Part shown: positions 12,639 through 24,925 of the stretch, one piece after another | How the letters are laid out: each line of letters begins with the position of its first letter | Numbering within the stretch: the first letter of the stretch is position 1 | Assembly (NCBI GenBank): GCA_951406725.2 | Contig: OX597818.1 | Span: forward strand, 38,750,001 to 38,814,000 | DNA from: Octopus vulgaris | Lineage: Eukaryota | Length of the DNA: 64,000 bases | Direction: 5' to 3' | Notes under the pieces: generated by a model | Database searches by the model: none | The model's input: the letters and a program-made list of their open reading frames with translations, nothing else | What the model was told of the DNA's origin: nothing | Made by a program: the position numbers and the translations under genes

Positions 12639-13554
12639 CTAATTATTGAAAGAAAATTGAAAAGAAATAAAAGAAAATGTTAAACTCTCCTCAGACACAA
12701 TAAAAAAAAAAAGAGGAACTAATGAATTAGTTCAGATAAAACAAATATATAACACATTATAAAAAAATAATCAAAACAAAATATTGCTTTCAAATTTTGG
12801 CTCACAGCCAGCAATTTCAGAGGAGGAGCTAAGTCAATTACATTGACCACAGTACTCAACTGGCACATATTTTTTGACCCTGAAAAATTAAAATAAAATA
12901 TTAAGAGATTCAATGTTAAAAGTGTGATTCGATTAGCTAGTAACATGGTTATAAATTTTCAGATTATTAACCTCAACTATAAAGTTGGAACATCATGTGT
13001 TTTAAGATGATTTTACCATGTTAAAGCAAGTGATTGGCTTTGAGGATCATATGACAGTCTTCTCTATTTTGCCTTATATTTTACACTCCCTGACTAACAC
13101 TCTTGGTTTTAATTCCTTTACTAACATTTTTACAATTCTAATAATCTTGCTATTGCAAATTTTTCCATGTATTTTGAAGTGTTTGTGGTGTTATGGGCTG
13201 TGATGAGCTATGTGGTGTTGGTGGAGAGGATTGCAGATGAGGTAGACGGAAGTGAAGACTGCAGGGGCCGGTGGAACAGCAATGGGGCATGCGTGGGCAG
13301 GAAGCACGTGCGGGCAGTTCGATGAGAGACGGCAGCGTGCAAGGACATGTTTATTTCTTGACAGTGATTGCTCATCCCGCCGAGGTCAAGAGGTAAGGTC
13401 TCTGTATTTCTTTCTCCTGTTTGCTTCATTTTCTGTTGTCTTTTCCCTCCATCACATTACAGATTTTATATGCACATCAGTGCAATTTTCAAACAAAGGT
13501 TGACTAGATGTACCAAATAAAGTTTCATCTTGGAACTGGCATTCATCTCGCCTT

Positions 13555-15055
13555 TTTGTTGAGAAGCAGCAGGTATTGATAAAAAATATTGTTAAATTTT
13601 AAATATTTATAAAACATTTTCTGATATTTTTCTAAATTAGGATAAAAAAAAAAATCAGCCTAAAATGGAATAAATATTGTTAATACTTTATGGTTAAGAA
13701 TTTGTTAATACTTTATGGTTAAGAATTTTTTAATATTTAATGGTTAAGAATTTGTTGAGAAGTAGCAGGTATTGATAAAAAATATTGTTAAATTTTAAAT
13801 ATTTATAAAACATTTCCTGATATTTTTCTAAATTAGGATAATAAAAAAAAATCAGCCTAAAATGGAATAAATATTGTTAATACTTTATGGTTAAGAATTT
13901 GTTAATACTTTATGGTTAAGAATTTTTTAATATTTAATGGTTAAGAATTTGTTGAGAAGTAGCAGGTATTGATAAAAAATATTGTTAAATTTTAAATATT
14001 TATAAAACATTTTCTGATATTTTTCTAAATTAGGATAATAAAAAAAAATCAGCCTAAAATGGAATAAATATTGTTAATACTTTATGGTTAAGAATTTGTT
14101 AATACTTTATGGTTAAGAATTTTTTAATATTTAATGGTTAAGAATTTGTTGAGAAGTAGCAGGTATTGATAAAAAATATTGTTAAATTTTAAATATTTAT
14201 AAAACATTTTCTGATATTTTTCTAAATTAGGATAATAAAAAAAAAATCAGCCTAAAATGGAATAAATATTGTTAATACTTTATGGTTAAGAATTTGTTAA
14301 TACTTTATGGTTAAGAATTTTTTAATATTTAATGGTTAAGAATTTGTTGAGAAGTAGCAGGTATTGATAAAAAATATTGTTAAATTTTAAATATTTATAA
14401 AACGTTTTCTGATATTTTTCTAAATTAGGATAATAAAAAAAATCAGCCTAAAATGGAATAAATATTGTTAATACTTTATGGTTAAGAATTTGTTAATACT
14501 TTATGGTTAAGAATTTTTTAATATTTAATGGTTAAGAATTTGTTGAGAAGTAGCAGGTATTGATAAAAAATATTGTTAAATTTTAAATATTTATAAAACA
14601 TTTTCTGATATTTTTCTAAATTAGGATAAAAAAAAATCAGCCTAAAATGGAATAAATATTGTTAATACTTTATGGTTAAGAATTTGTTAATACTTTATGG
14701 TTAAGAATTTTTTAATATTTAATGGTTAAGAATTTGTTGAGAAGTAGCAGGTATTGATAAAAAATATTGTTAAATTTTAAATATTTATAAAACATTTTCT
14801 GGTATTTTTCTAAATTAGGATAATAAAAAAAAAATCAGCCTAAAATGGAATAAATATTGTTAATACTTTATGGTTAAGAATTTGTTAATATTTTATGGTT
14901 AAGAATTTGTTGAGAAGTAGCAGGTATTGATAAAAAATATTGTTAAATTTTAAATATTTATAAAACATTTTCTGATATTTTTCTAAATTATGATAAAAAA
15001 AAAAGAAGCCTAAAATGGAATAAATATTGTTAACACTTTATGGTTAAGAATTTGT
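13555..15055. repeat. AT-rich tandem repeat, ~196-bp unit, ~8 copies
   Basis: Unit begins TTTGTTGAGAAGTAGCAGGTATTG and contains a triplicated TTAATACTTTATGGTTAAGAAT-like subrepeat. Confidence 0.95.
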
Positions 15056-16283
15056 TTCAAGAGCACAGATGATAGAATGAACAGGTTGTCAGACAACCAG
15101 CTGAAAGGATGGTAGTTTCTACCTTATTACCCATGTTGTATCAAGGGGTCAAGGTATTACTTTCAATCTATCTAGTGCTAAGTTAGTTGTTATAGCCGTT
15201 GCTTAGCCCTAGGTCAGAGCTAGTTGAGGAGACCTTTGTTTAAAGGCACTCTAATCACGACCACCATGTTTTCACAGGTAAAGTTTATTATATTATCTAG
15301 TGCCCTTCCTATTCAGTGACAGCAGTAATGTACTGGTGAGATATGTAACTGATTTTTCTCCAGGCTAAATGGCCATGTAAAGGCTGCTCTGAATATTAAA
15401 TATTTCAAACTGGTATAATTCACCACAATACAATGACAATACTATAAGAGTGATGAACCATTCATTTACTTGAAATGCTTAATTTCAATAGATTCTTATG
15501 AAAAAAAAAAGAAAAATTACCTAGATTACTATACATGTCTTGCCTAGAAGATATTGGTGTGTCACCTGCCTAAACGACAGAATATTGAGACAAGCGTGTT
15601 TTCTGTAATATTTGTTTAGTTTACATTTATTTCAATTTCACAAGTGATAGACTTTTGCACCAGCTGTCGTTAATGAGCTACTCATAAGCCACCTTATTAT
15701 TTCTCTCATATGTAATTTGTAATGTCTATATCTCACATCAATCTTCTTTCCCTACTGAAATATTTAAGCACATACAAGGCTTTATATGTGAAACTTATTT
15801 TGTAAAAGCCATTTTTATATCACTAGCTCAGACACCGGTGGTGTTTGATCAGGGGTTAAGGATGGGTGAGAATTAATTCTGTAAGACAATCATTCCATTG
15901 TTTCAGTCCCAATTCGAATTCCAACTGTTGGCCAATTTGTCCCAAACTTCTTATCTTGACCTAAAATTAATGAAGTATATGTCATTTATCTCCCCCTTGA
16001 TCTCTGACGTCATCTGACAAATGCCAACCAAGATGGCATGAATCAGCCAAGCTTTACTCGCTAGAAATAGCAACCCAAATGCTTTAAAAATCAGATCTTA
16101 ATGCTAGATGTCCAAGAACCAAATGAAGGGCAGATTTTCAATCTCAGGGTCATCCCGATTCCAAAAAGGTATAATATGTCTACGCAAAGCAAATGTAGAC
16201 TTAGATACAGGGGCCCCAGACAGACAGAATTTTGCATTATTATCATAGAAGCATGTACAATTTGAAAACTAAGAACTACTTAC

Positions 16284-16427
16284 ACCAGGAATTGAATGTT
16301 CACCCCAGCTCAGAATCATCACAATAATATCAAGAACAAAATAATTGATGCCTTTTTCTTCAAAATTTCCAAGGATAATGAATTCAGAGAGTGGCAACAC
16401 CCAAAATGAAGCATATTTTTCAAAAAT
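16284..16427 (-). CDS. PRKDC: DNA-PKcs exon
   Basis: tttcag|...GGT|gtaagt; IFEKYASFWVLPLSEFIILGNFEEKGINYFVLDIIVMILSWGEHSIPG vs human VFRPYAKHWLSPL...GIHYMVVEIVATILSW; 144 nt. Confidence 0.93.
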
Positions 16428-16719
16428 CTGAAATAATCATTAAATGATAAATTTGTAATTAATGCAAACTGAAAGGTAGCGAATCAATTTAGAAAACTGC
16501 ATTAAGGGAAAATATTTAATCATAAGCAGATCTTAGTGATATTCATATTTTGAAAAAACCAAAACTTTCTGAATTATAATTGTGTAGAGGGTGTATATTT
16601 AATTAGAAGTAAAACCCTTTGGAATTGTAACTCTGAGTTTCATGTTTCCAATTCTTCTTCTTCGCCGCCACCAGTAGATGCTATTATTTATAGCTCTATG
16701 TACTTTGAGATCCACTGTC

Positions 16720-17210
16720 CCCAAAAAGAATTTTGCTTGCGAAGACCTGTTGGGGCAAGTGAAATCGAAATTGGAATTGAACCAATCCTATGACGGGCAC
16801 CCGGCAGATGCCAGGACCCCTGGACTGGAGATATGTAAAAAGCACTATCCGAATCGTGGCCGATGCCAGCGCCGCCTCGACTGGCTTCCGTGTCGGTGTC
16901 ACGTAAAAAACACCATCCGAATCGTGGCCGAAGCCAGTGCTGCCTCGACTGGCTTCCGTGCAGGTGGCACGTAAAAAGCACCAATCCGACCGTGGCCGAT
17001 GCCAGCCTCGCCTGGCACCAGTGCAGGTGGCACGTAAAAAGCACCCACTACACTCACGGAGTGGTTGGCGTTAGGAAGGGCATCCAGCTGTAGAAACATT
17101 GCCAGATAAGACCGGAGCCTGGTGCAGCCTTCTGGCTTCCCAGATCCCCGGTCGAACCGTCCAACCCATGCTAGCATGGAGAACGGACGTTAAACGATGA
17201 TGATGATGAT
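16720..17210 (+). mobile_element. Family A repeat, long copy with ~70-bp internal subrepeats
   Basis: Repeated GACTGGCTTCCGTG...CACGTAAAAAGCACC units, then the core and tail. Confidence 0.8.
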
Positions 17211-17533
17211 ATATATATATCATCATCATCATCGTTTAACGTCCGTTTTCCATATATATATATATATATATATATATATCTTCATCATCATTCAACGTTT
17301 GCTTTCCATGCTGGTATGAGTTGGACAGTTTGACAGGAGCTGGTTAGGCAGAAGACTGCACCATGCTTTGATGTTTGTTTTGCCAAGGTTTTTACTGTTG
17401 GATGCCCTTCCTAAGCAACCAGCCTGCAGATTGGACTGAGTGCTTTTTAAGTGGTACCAACATGGGTGAGGTCAGTTTTGGCATGGCTTTTACAGCTGGA
17501 TGCCCTTCCAAATGCCAGTCTATGTATGTATCA

Positions 17534-17765
17534 AGGCGGCGAGCTGGCAGAATCGTTAGCGCGCCGGGCGAAATGCTTAGCGGTATTTCGTCTGTCGTTA
17601 CGTTCTGAGTTCAAATTCCGCCGAGGTCAACTTTGCCTTTCATCCTTTTGGGGTCGATAAATAAAGTACCAGTTTCACATTGGGGGCGATATAATCGACT
17701 CAATCCCTTCGTCTGTCCTTGTTTGTCCCCTCTATGTTTAGCCCCTTGTGAGCAGTAAAGAAATA
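17534..17765 (+). mobile_element. Family C SINE with TSD
   Basis: AGGCGGCGAGCTGGCAGAA...GAGTTCAAATTCC...GTAAAGAAATA; TSD TATGTATGTATC. Confidence 0.82.
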
Positions 17766-18076
17766 TATGTATGTATCTGTGTGTGTTTGTGTGTGTGTGT
17801 GCATGCGTGCACACACATTCGATACACTTGATCACAATTACAAATTGTTTTGAACTAAATACATGATATAGGTTTCCATATTGTAATCAACTGGAAAGAA
17901 ACTAGGCATTTATTTTCATTTCCATTAATTTAAAGTGATGATTGAATACCTGTGACTACATAATCACGGATATTAGAAATAATTTTAATATATTCTAAAG
18001 AAATTAAAAAAAAATATTTATTCATCTATTATTCACATTAACTGCAAAACATTATATTGTATTTAACACAACTTAC

Positions 18077-18181
18077 CTCAGTAGTATTAACAATTAGCTT
18101 AGCAATAAACAGTTTTATATTTAGGTGTGTTGAAGATGCAATAAATTTTTTACGAAGGTAATTCATCCAAGGAGGCATCTC
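18077..18181 (-). CDS. PRKDC: DNA-PKcs exon
   Basis: tcgtag|...GAG|gtaagt; EMPPWMNYLRKKFIASSTHLNIKLFIAKLIVNTTE vs human [34 protein letters not shown]; 105 nt. Confidence 0.95.
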
Positions 18182-18255
18182 CTACGAAATAAATATAGAA
18201 AATTCAATAGACATAAATGCTGACAATATATTCAACAATACTATAACATAGTATA

Positions 18256-18428
18256 GGCACAGGAGTGGCTGTGTGGTAAGTAGCTTGCTTACCAACCACA
18301 TGGTTCCGGGTTCAGTCCCACTGCGGGGCACCTTGGGCAAGTGTCTTCTACTATAGCCTTGGGCCAACCAAAGCCTTCCGAGTGGATTTGGTAGATGGAA
18401 ACTGAAAGAAGCCCGTCGTATATATGTG

Positions 18429-18493
<65 letters not shown>

Positions 18494-18614
18494 ATATTTC
18501 GAATGGTCATATTGCCAGTTTAGCCAATAAAAAATCTTGCACAACAAATATTTAAATATATATATATATCATCATCGTTTAATGTCTGTTTTCCATGCTA
18601 GCATGGGTTGGACG

Positions 18615-18673
<59 letters not shown>

Positions 18674-18880
18674 ATATGTTTGTGTGTCTGTGTTTGTCCC
18701 CCCAACGTTGCTTGACAACTGATGCTGGTGTATTTACATCCCTGTAACTTAGCGGTTCGGCAAAAGAGACCGATAGAATAAGTACTAGGCTTACAAAGAA
18801 TAAGTCCTGGGTCGATTTGCTCGACTAAAGGCGGTGCTCCAGCATGGCAACAGTTAAATGGCTGAAAAAAGTAAAAGAGT
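18256..18880 (+). mobile_element. Family B SINE with inserts in its central microsatellite
   Basis: Head 18256-18420 and tail 18685-18880; other copies at 29115-29690, 49146-49806, 58332-58825. Confidence 0.78.
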
Positions 18881-19820
18881 AAAGAGAAAAGAGAGTATAC
18901 CAAACTAAACATTGCAGTTATGATGAGTAATTCTTAAACATTTCTAGTTCTCTATTCCCTTTATTACATACCACATGACAATGCCCCTTATAGTAAACCT
19001 TAGAAGAGTGGGTTATCATCATCATCATTTAGAATCTGTTTTCCATGCTGGCATGGGTAAGATGGTCTGACTGGAGTTAGTAAACCAGGGAGCTGCACCA
19101 GGCTCCAGTTTGTTGTTGCTTGGATTCTATGGCTGGATGCCCTTCCTAATGCCAACCACTCCACAGAGTGTACAGGGTCACTGGCACGAGTGCTTTTAAA
19201 TGTCACTGGCACAGGTGCCTTTTATGTGTCACCAGCATGGGTCATGTATCAACATTAAAAAAAGAATGCATCAAATTTCAAATTGATATCAATGCATCCA
19301 ATAAGCCTTTATGAATACTTTCACTCAGAATGCTTCTTCAAGTAATCTCACTGCCAACAACTGCAGAGACAAAGAATATTTTAATTTCTAACATAATAAA
19401 CATAGGCTGGACCAATGTTTAACAAGTTGTACTGGAGATATTAATTTTGTTATGTACAAAATATATTTTTCAGAATATAAAATTATTATCAAAGATTCAG
19501 TTTGTACAATCTCTGTGTTTATATTACTAATATACAATATTACTATATATCATACTAGAAGTTCTGTAAGAAGATTTTTTTCTATGAGTACGTTCAGTAA
19601 AAATATGAACAAAAAAAATCTTATTTGCATCCCTATTAAAAACAGGTTAGAAATAAGTCACTATATACAGGATTTCTTACAAGCATCTAATTCTTAATTT
19701 TTTTATAATGGCTTCAATAGCCAAAATGAATAGAGTTGAGATGAACACATCCATAACTGGAACTTTCAATGCAACTTGAGCCTATCCTGATAGGTCTTAT
19801 ATTCCTAATGTGAGTTATAG

Positions 19821-20065
19821 TGGAGGCACGTGGCTTAGTGGTTAGGGTGTTGAACTCATGATCGTAAGGTTGTGGTTTCGATTCCTGGACCGGGCGGTGC
19901 GTCGTGTTCTTGAGCAAAACACTTCTTTTCACGTTGCTCCAGTCCACTCAGCTGGTAAAAAATTAGTAATCCTGCGATGGACTGGCGTCCCATCCAGGTG
20001 GGGAATTTATATGCCACTGAAACCGGGAAACCGGCCCTTATGAGCCTGGCATGGCTCGAGAAGGA
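19821..20065 (+). mobile_element. Family D tRNA-derived SINE
   Basis: Head GTGGCTTAGTGGTTAGG...GGTTTCGATTCC (A and B boxes) followed by a non-tRNA body; related head at 27026-27090 (-). Confidence 0.7.
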
Positions 20066-20465
20066 AAATTATAATGTGAGTTATAGCTCGTTATGTTTGT
20101 TGATGTTAATCCCTAAGCCTGCCTTGACTGAGCAGACCTATGGTGAAAATTATTCTGCCAGTGACCATCTAGTCTTTTTTAAAGACATACATTATCTTAT
20201 GTCTTTTCTAAAAATGGCAGCGTGTGATTTGAATTGGATTTAACTGCTATTTCTAGCAGGTCATGCAACTGTGTTGAGTCTCTCCCCTTGGCTCATGTAG
20301 AGATTCCCTCTAGTCTAATGTTTATTGTTCATATGGATTCCCATCAAAAGGAAATAGTCTAGGAATATAGAAATATATAGTAAAAAATGCTCAGTCACAG
20401 ATTATGAGAGATAAAGCTGATCTTGTATCAAACAAGTGGCTTTTTTAAAAATATAAAATACATAC

Positions 20466-20579
20466 CTTGTTTTCTTTGGGAGTGATATTCTGCTGGTACA
20501 TATGTTTTAGAACAGCTACCACGGGTAACATGCATTCACTTTGATTAATTTCATCCATTTCAAGAGCATAATCTATTAT
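20466..20579 (-). CDS. PRKDC: DNA-PKcs exon
   Basis: tttcag|...AAG|gtatgt; IIDYALEMDEINQSECMLPVVAVLKHMYQQNITPKENK vs human [24 protein letters not shown]; 114 nt. Confidence 0.93.
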
Positions 20580-21050
20580 CTGAAAGTAATAATATTTGGA
20601 GTTGTAATCAACTATCACAATAAAACTCAAGAACTGTTACAACAATAGATAGACAATGATTTTTTAAATAAAACTGCCAGTCAATTGAATGTGAATTGAC
20701 TCATGCAGAAATTAAGCCTAGCAAAAATATGAAATATGATAAATAACCACATTATAACCTCCACTGTATTAATATTATTCTGTTTTTAATTCATTTATAT
20801 TCTCATCCCAGAGATCAAAATTTGGCTGAAAGTGGGAGAAGAAAATCTAATGACTGACTCTTCAGTAATATGACTATTGGTATTAAATCCCAATATCACA
20901 TCAATTTTATCATCATCATCATCATCGTTTAACGTCCTTTTTCCATGCTAGCATGGGTTGGACGGTTCGACCGGGGTCTGGGAAGCCAGGAGGCTGCACC
21001 AAGCATCTTTTTGATCTGGCAGTTTTCTACAGCTGGATGCCTTTCCTAAT

Positions 21051-21200
21051 GCCAACCACTCCGTGAGTGTAAGAGCCATCCACTCCGTGAGTGTAGCCAA
21101 CCACTCCATGAGTGTAGCCAACCACTCTGTGAGTGTAGCCAACCACTCCGTGAGTGTACCAACCACTCAGTGAGTGTAACCAACCACTCTGTGAGTGTAA
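21051..21200. repeat. ~21-bp tandem repeat (about 7 copies) expanded from an RTE-tail element
   Basis: (GCCAACCACTCCGTGAGTGTA)n at the end of the element 20911-21070. Confidence 0.85.
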
Positions 21201-21281
21201 TGTCTTAATGCAAAACAGGAGCTGTTGTGCCAAGTCCTCAATGGTATTCTTTTATCATCTGTAATTATAGAATATACTTTA

Positions 21282-21697
21282 AGGCGGCGAGCTGGCAGAA
21301 TCATTTGCATGCTGGGTGAAATGCTTAGTGGTATTTCGTCTGCTGTTACGTTCTGAGTTCAAATTCCGCCGAGGTCAACTTTGCTTTTCATCCTTTCAGG
21401 GTTGATTAAATAAGTACCAGTTACACACTGGGGTCAATGTAATCGGCTTAACCCCTTTGTCTGTCCTTGTTTGTCCTCTCTGTGTTTAGCCCCTTGTGGG
21501 TAGTAAAGAAATAGGTATTTCGTCTGCTGCTACGTTCCGAGTTCAAATTCCACCGAGGTCGACTTTGCCTTTCATCCTCTCGGGGTCGATAAATTAAGTA
21601 TCAGTTACGCACTGGGGTTGATGTAATCGACTTAATCCCTTTGTCTGTCCTTGTTTGTCCCCTCTATGTTTAGCCCCTTGTGGGCAATAAAGAAATA
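21282..21697 (+). mobile_element. Family C SINE, dimeric form
   Basis: 3' ~180 bp duplicated in tandem; TSD AATATACTTTAA. Confidence 0.82.
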
Positions 21698-22684
21698 AAT
21701 ATACTTTAAATTCTCTTACAACAAATCAGATTTAATCAATCCATTTCTCTCTAGGTTTTAGTGGTACTTTTTTTAATCTTCTTCATTAAAATTTTAATAT
21801 CATTTGTATTCATTTAGTACTGTATATCCCTATTAGTAAATAATGGACGGAAGTTTTATGACTAAGATTTACTTCAAAGTATGATGTAGTCCCTGAGGTG
21901 AAAATGATGAAAAGAAGTTTCCAAAAGGTAGTGGAATAATTATCATAGATTTAGTTTTAAGATAAGATATATAACTTGGGTACTTATAGTGAATTCTTCA
22001 CTGTTGTAAGCATTCAGACCAAGTCTTTGATTAACTTCTGGCCTCTCACAAGTTTTGGAAGCTCTCTTCTGGTTAAGCCATTAAAAATTTTAAAAATTAC
22101 TATCATATGGACTGGAGATCAAAAACAGAAGTTCATCATGTTAAAGGCTGAAACATGTATTGCTTAGATAGTTAATGTACAGTTGGTACGGTTGTTTCAG
22201 TCATTTCTGATATGTAAAAGTAGTCAAACATTTAGCAACACTTCAGAAAATTTTACATCATCATCACCATCATCATCATCGGCGCTGCCACCACCGCCAC
22301 CACCACCACTGTCATCACCATCATCATCATCGTTTAACGTCTGCTTTCCATGCTAACATGGGTTGGACGATTTGACTGAGGACTGGAGAAGCAGATGGCT
22401 GCATCAGGTTCCAATCTTGATCTGGCAGAGTTTCTATTGCTGGATGCCCTTCCTAACGCCAACCACTCCGAGAGTGTAGTGGGTGCTTTTATGTGCCACC
22501 GGCATGAGGGCCAGTCAGGTGGTACTGGCAACGACCACGAAAAAATCATGTTTTTTTTTTTTTTCACATATCACCTGCACACTGACACAAGTGCCAGTAA
22601 GGTGACACTGGTAACGGTCACGCTCGAATGGTGCTAAACCTTTGGAAGAAATAATACTTAAGTAAAAAATACAACATAACTTAA

Positions 22685-22905
22685 CCCTTTAGTATTCAGA
22701 TTACTTTGTCAAATGTAAAGCCTGTTTAATCACATTGTTTTTTAATTAATTGTACAGCATCTTGTAACTCTGAGATTTTGATGATGCCTCTGTTTATTTT
22801 TAGAATGACTTTGTAGGGTAGGTGTGAGAGGTCAGAGCTGGCTGGTTTGAGCATATAACAAGAAGACAATTTTGGCCTGATATGGCCGGTTTAAACACTA
22901 AAGGG
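22685..22905. mobile_element. piggyBac-like MITE (second family)
   Basis: TTAA|CCCTTTAG...CTAAAGGG|TTAA; degenerate copies near 49510-49742 and 63198-63320. Confidence 0.7.
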
Positions 22906-22938
22906 TTAAACATATGAAAAATATCGCATTGTTATTAC

Positions 22939-23001
22939 TTTTTCTTCAGATATGGCTGAGGAATTTGCAGAATTTTCTTTTTCAGAAATTGAAGCAATCT
23001 C
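22939..23001 (-). CDS. PRKDC: DNA-PKcs exon (poorly conserved linker)
   Basis: cttttacag|GAG...AAA|gtaata; EIASISEKENSANSSAISEEK; 63 nt, phase 0/0, fits between neighbours but has little recognisable homology. Confidence 0.7.
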
Positions 23002-24210
23002 CTGTAAAAGAAAATAAGAATATCAGATAGATTGTCACTTAGAAAAAGTAATATATAATGGCTGTTTGTTGAGAACTATTTCTGCCTTGTAAGGGTAATA
23101 CTGCCCAATTTTTCTGCTGTTTTAACAGCAATACTGCATTCGAAAATATCACTTTCTTGTCTGCATCATATGATACACATTCAGCGCTTCTAAAATAGTT
23201 GGCAAGTGAAAGCCAAAAATGAAATGCAAGTGTATCGTTCTATGAGGGCATTGGCTCCCATTAAGAACTGAATAGGTTGTTAAGTGATGTTGAGATGACA
23301 AACACAGACATATACACACATACATACATATATATATATACAATGGGCTTCTTTCAGTTTCTGTCTATCAAATCTACTCACAAGGCTTTGGTCAGCCTGA
23401 GGCTATAGTAGAAGACATTTGCCCAAGGTGCCACGCAGTGGGACTGAACCTTGAACCATGTGGTTGGTAAGCAAGTTATTTACCACAAAGCCATTCCTGC
23501 ACCTATATATATATCATCATCCTCATCATTGATTAACGTCCGTTTTCCATGCTGGCATGGGTTGGATGCTTTGACTGAGGTCTGGGGAGCAAGCTCCAAT
23601 CTGGTCAGGCAGAATTTCTACAGCTGGATGCCCTTCTTAATGCCAATCACTCTGAGAGTGTAGTGGGTGCTTTTTATGTGCCACTGGCACAGGAGCCAGT
23701 CAGGCAGGCCTTGTGCCTATAGTAGAAAGGATTATTATTATTATTATTATTATTATTGTTGTTGTTGTAGAGTTAGAGTGCAGTGCATGCCAGCAAAGTG
23801 ACACTGGGGTAAAATATACAAAGCGCAGTATACCCATCATGACTGCCCATCTGATAAGGGAACACCAGGCACATGCATCACAACCGTATGTGCATGACAT
23901 GGTGATCTCATATCAAGATAAACAGCACATGAGCTTGCAGGTGGGGTCCAGTTAGAATTTTCTTCTTGTCTTCTCAAAAGGTCCCTGAATAAGGGTTGTT
24001 TAAGGATGTTGAACAAAACAACCATGTTTCAAGAGGTGACATGGCTATGATTCTCCCCCACTACTTCTACTCGTGATCAGAGATGCACATATCGTCAGCC
24101 ACTAAGGGACATGCTCAACTGATTAAGGTCAAACAACTGAGAAGCAAATCTGTGGTATTGAGTAGAATATTTGCTGTAGCCTATCTGTTATACCAAGACA
24201 AAACAATGTA

Positions 24211-24599
24211 TCCTCTGTGTGAAAAGTCTGGCTGCATACACGTTAGCATATGTCAGGTGCATACAATTGACAACACAGTTAATTAAGATTTGTTCAGTGA
24301 CTTCTATTCAACACATGTTTACACGTGGAATCCATTAGATGAAGGCGTTTTCAAAGTTTTGGCTGATAAAGTTGAACTGAAAAACCCTACAACGAGGCAT
24401 AAATTGCACAAAGCCGTCTTGCAGTCTTGGGAAGAGCTATCTGAGTGGAAAATTCGTGGATGTATTCAACATCAAACTCGTGTTCAGTGTCAAATAGTTG
24501 ACTGTTGTGGTGGTAACAGATTCGTGTAACAAATTTTGTGTTTACTTTTGTTTCATAATATATATTTTTTTGGATGCAACCAGACTTTTCACACAGAGG
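24211..24599 (+). mobile_element. Tc1-like deleted element nested in another repeat
   Basis: TIRs CCTCTGTGTGAAAAGTCTGG / CCAGACTTTTCACACAGAGG, TA TSD; WNPLDEGVFKVLADKV...W..L...GG resembles a Tc1 C-terminus. Confidence 0.72.
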
Positions 24600-24669
24600 T
24601 ACATGATAACACTTCCAATCAGTTAAGATCAGAAGCCATGAGAACCACGGCCTGGTACTGCATCAGAGC

Positions 24670-24711
<42 letters not shown>

Positions 24712-24748
24712 AATATGGAATATATGAGAATATGTATAATCAACTTAC

Positions 24749-24925
24749 TTGATGTTCAGCATTTGATGAGAGATAATCATATCGACCAATATCAACACTC
24801 AAACTGCTGTTTTCTAAATACAGTGAACTGAGATGATACGAGGCAGATTGACTGGCATCTGCCACAACTTTCTGCTTTATTTCTTTCTGAAGCGTGTGGA
24901 AAATAGTTTTCTTTTTTGGTTGCAT
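24749..24925 (-). CDS. PRKDC: DNA-PKcs exon (PQR-cluster region)
   Basis: aacag|ATG...CAA|gtaagt; MQPKKKTIFHTLQKEIKQKVVADASQSASYHLSSLYLENSSLSVDIGRYDYLSSNAEHQ vs human ...SYLADSTLSEEMSQFDFS; 177 nt. Confidence 0.88.

Noticed and set aside
19821-19895. tRNA gene
   Set aside because: A/B boxes are present but run into a SINE body without a proper acceptor stem; it is a SINE head.
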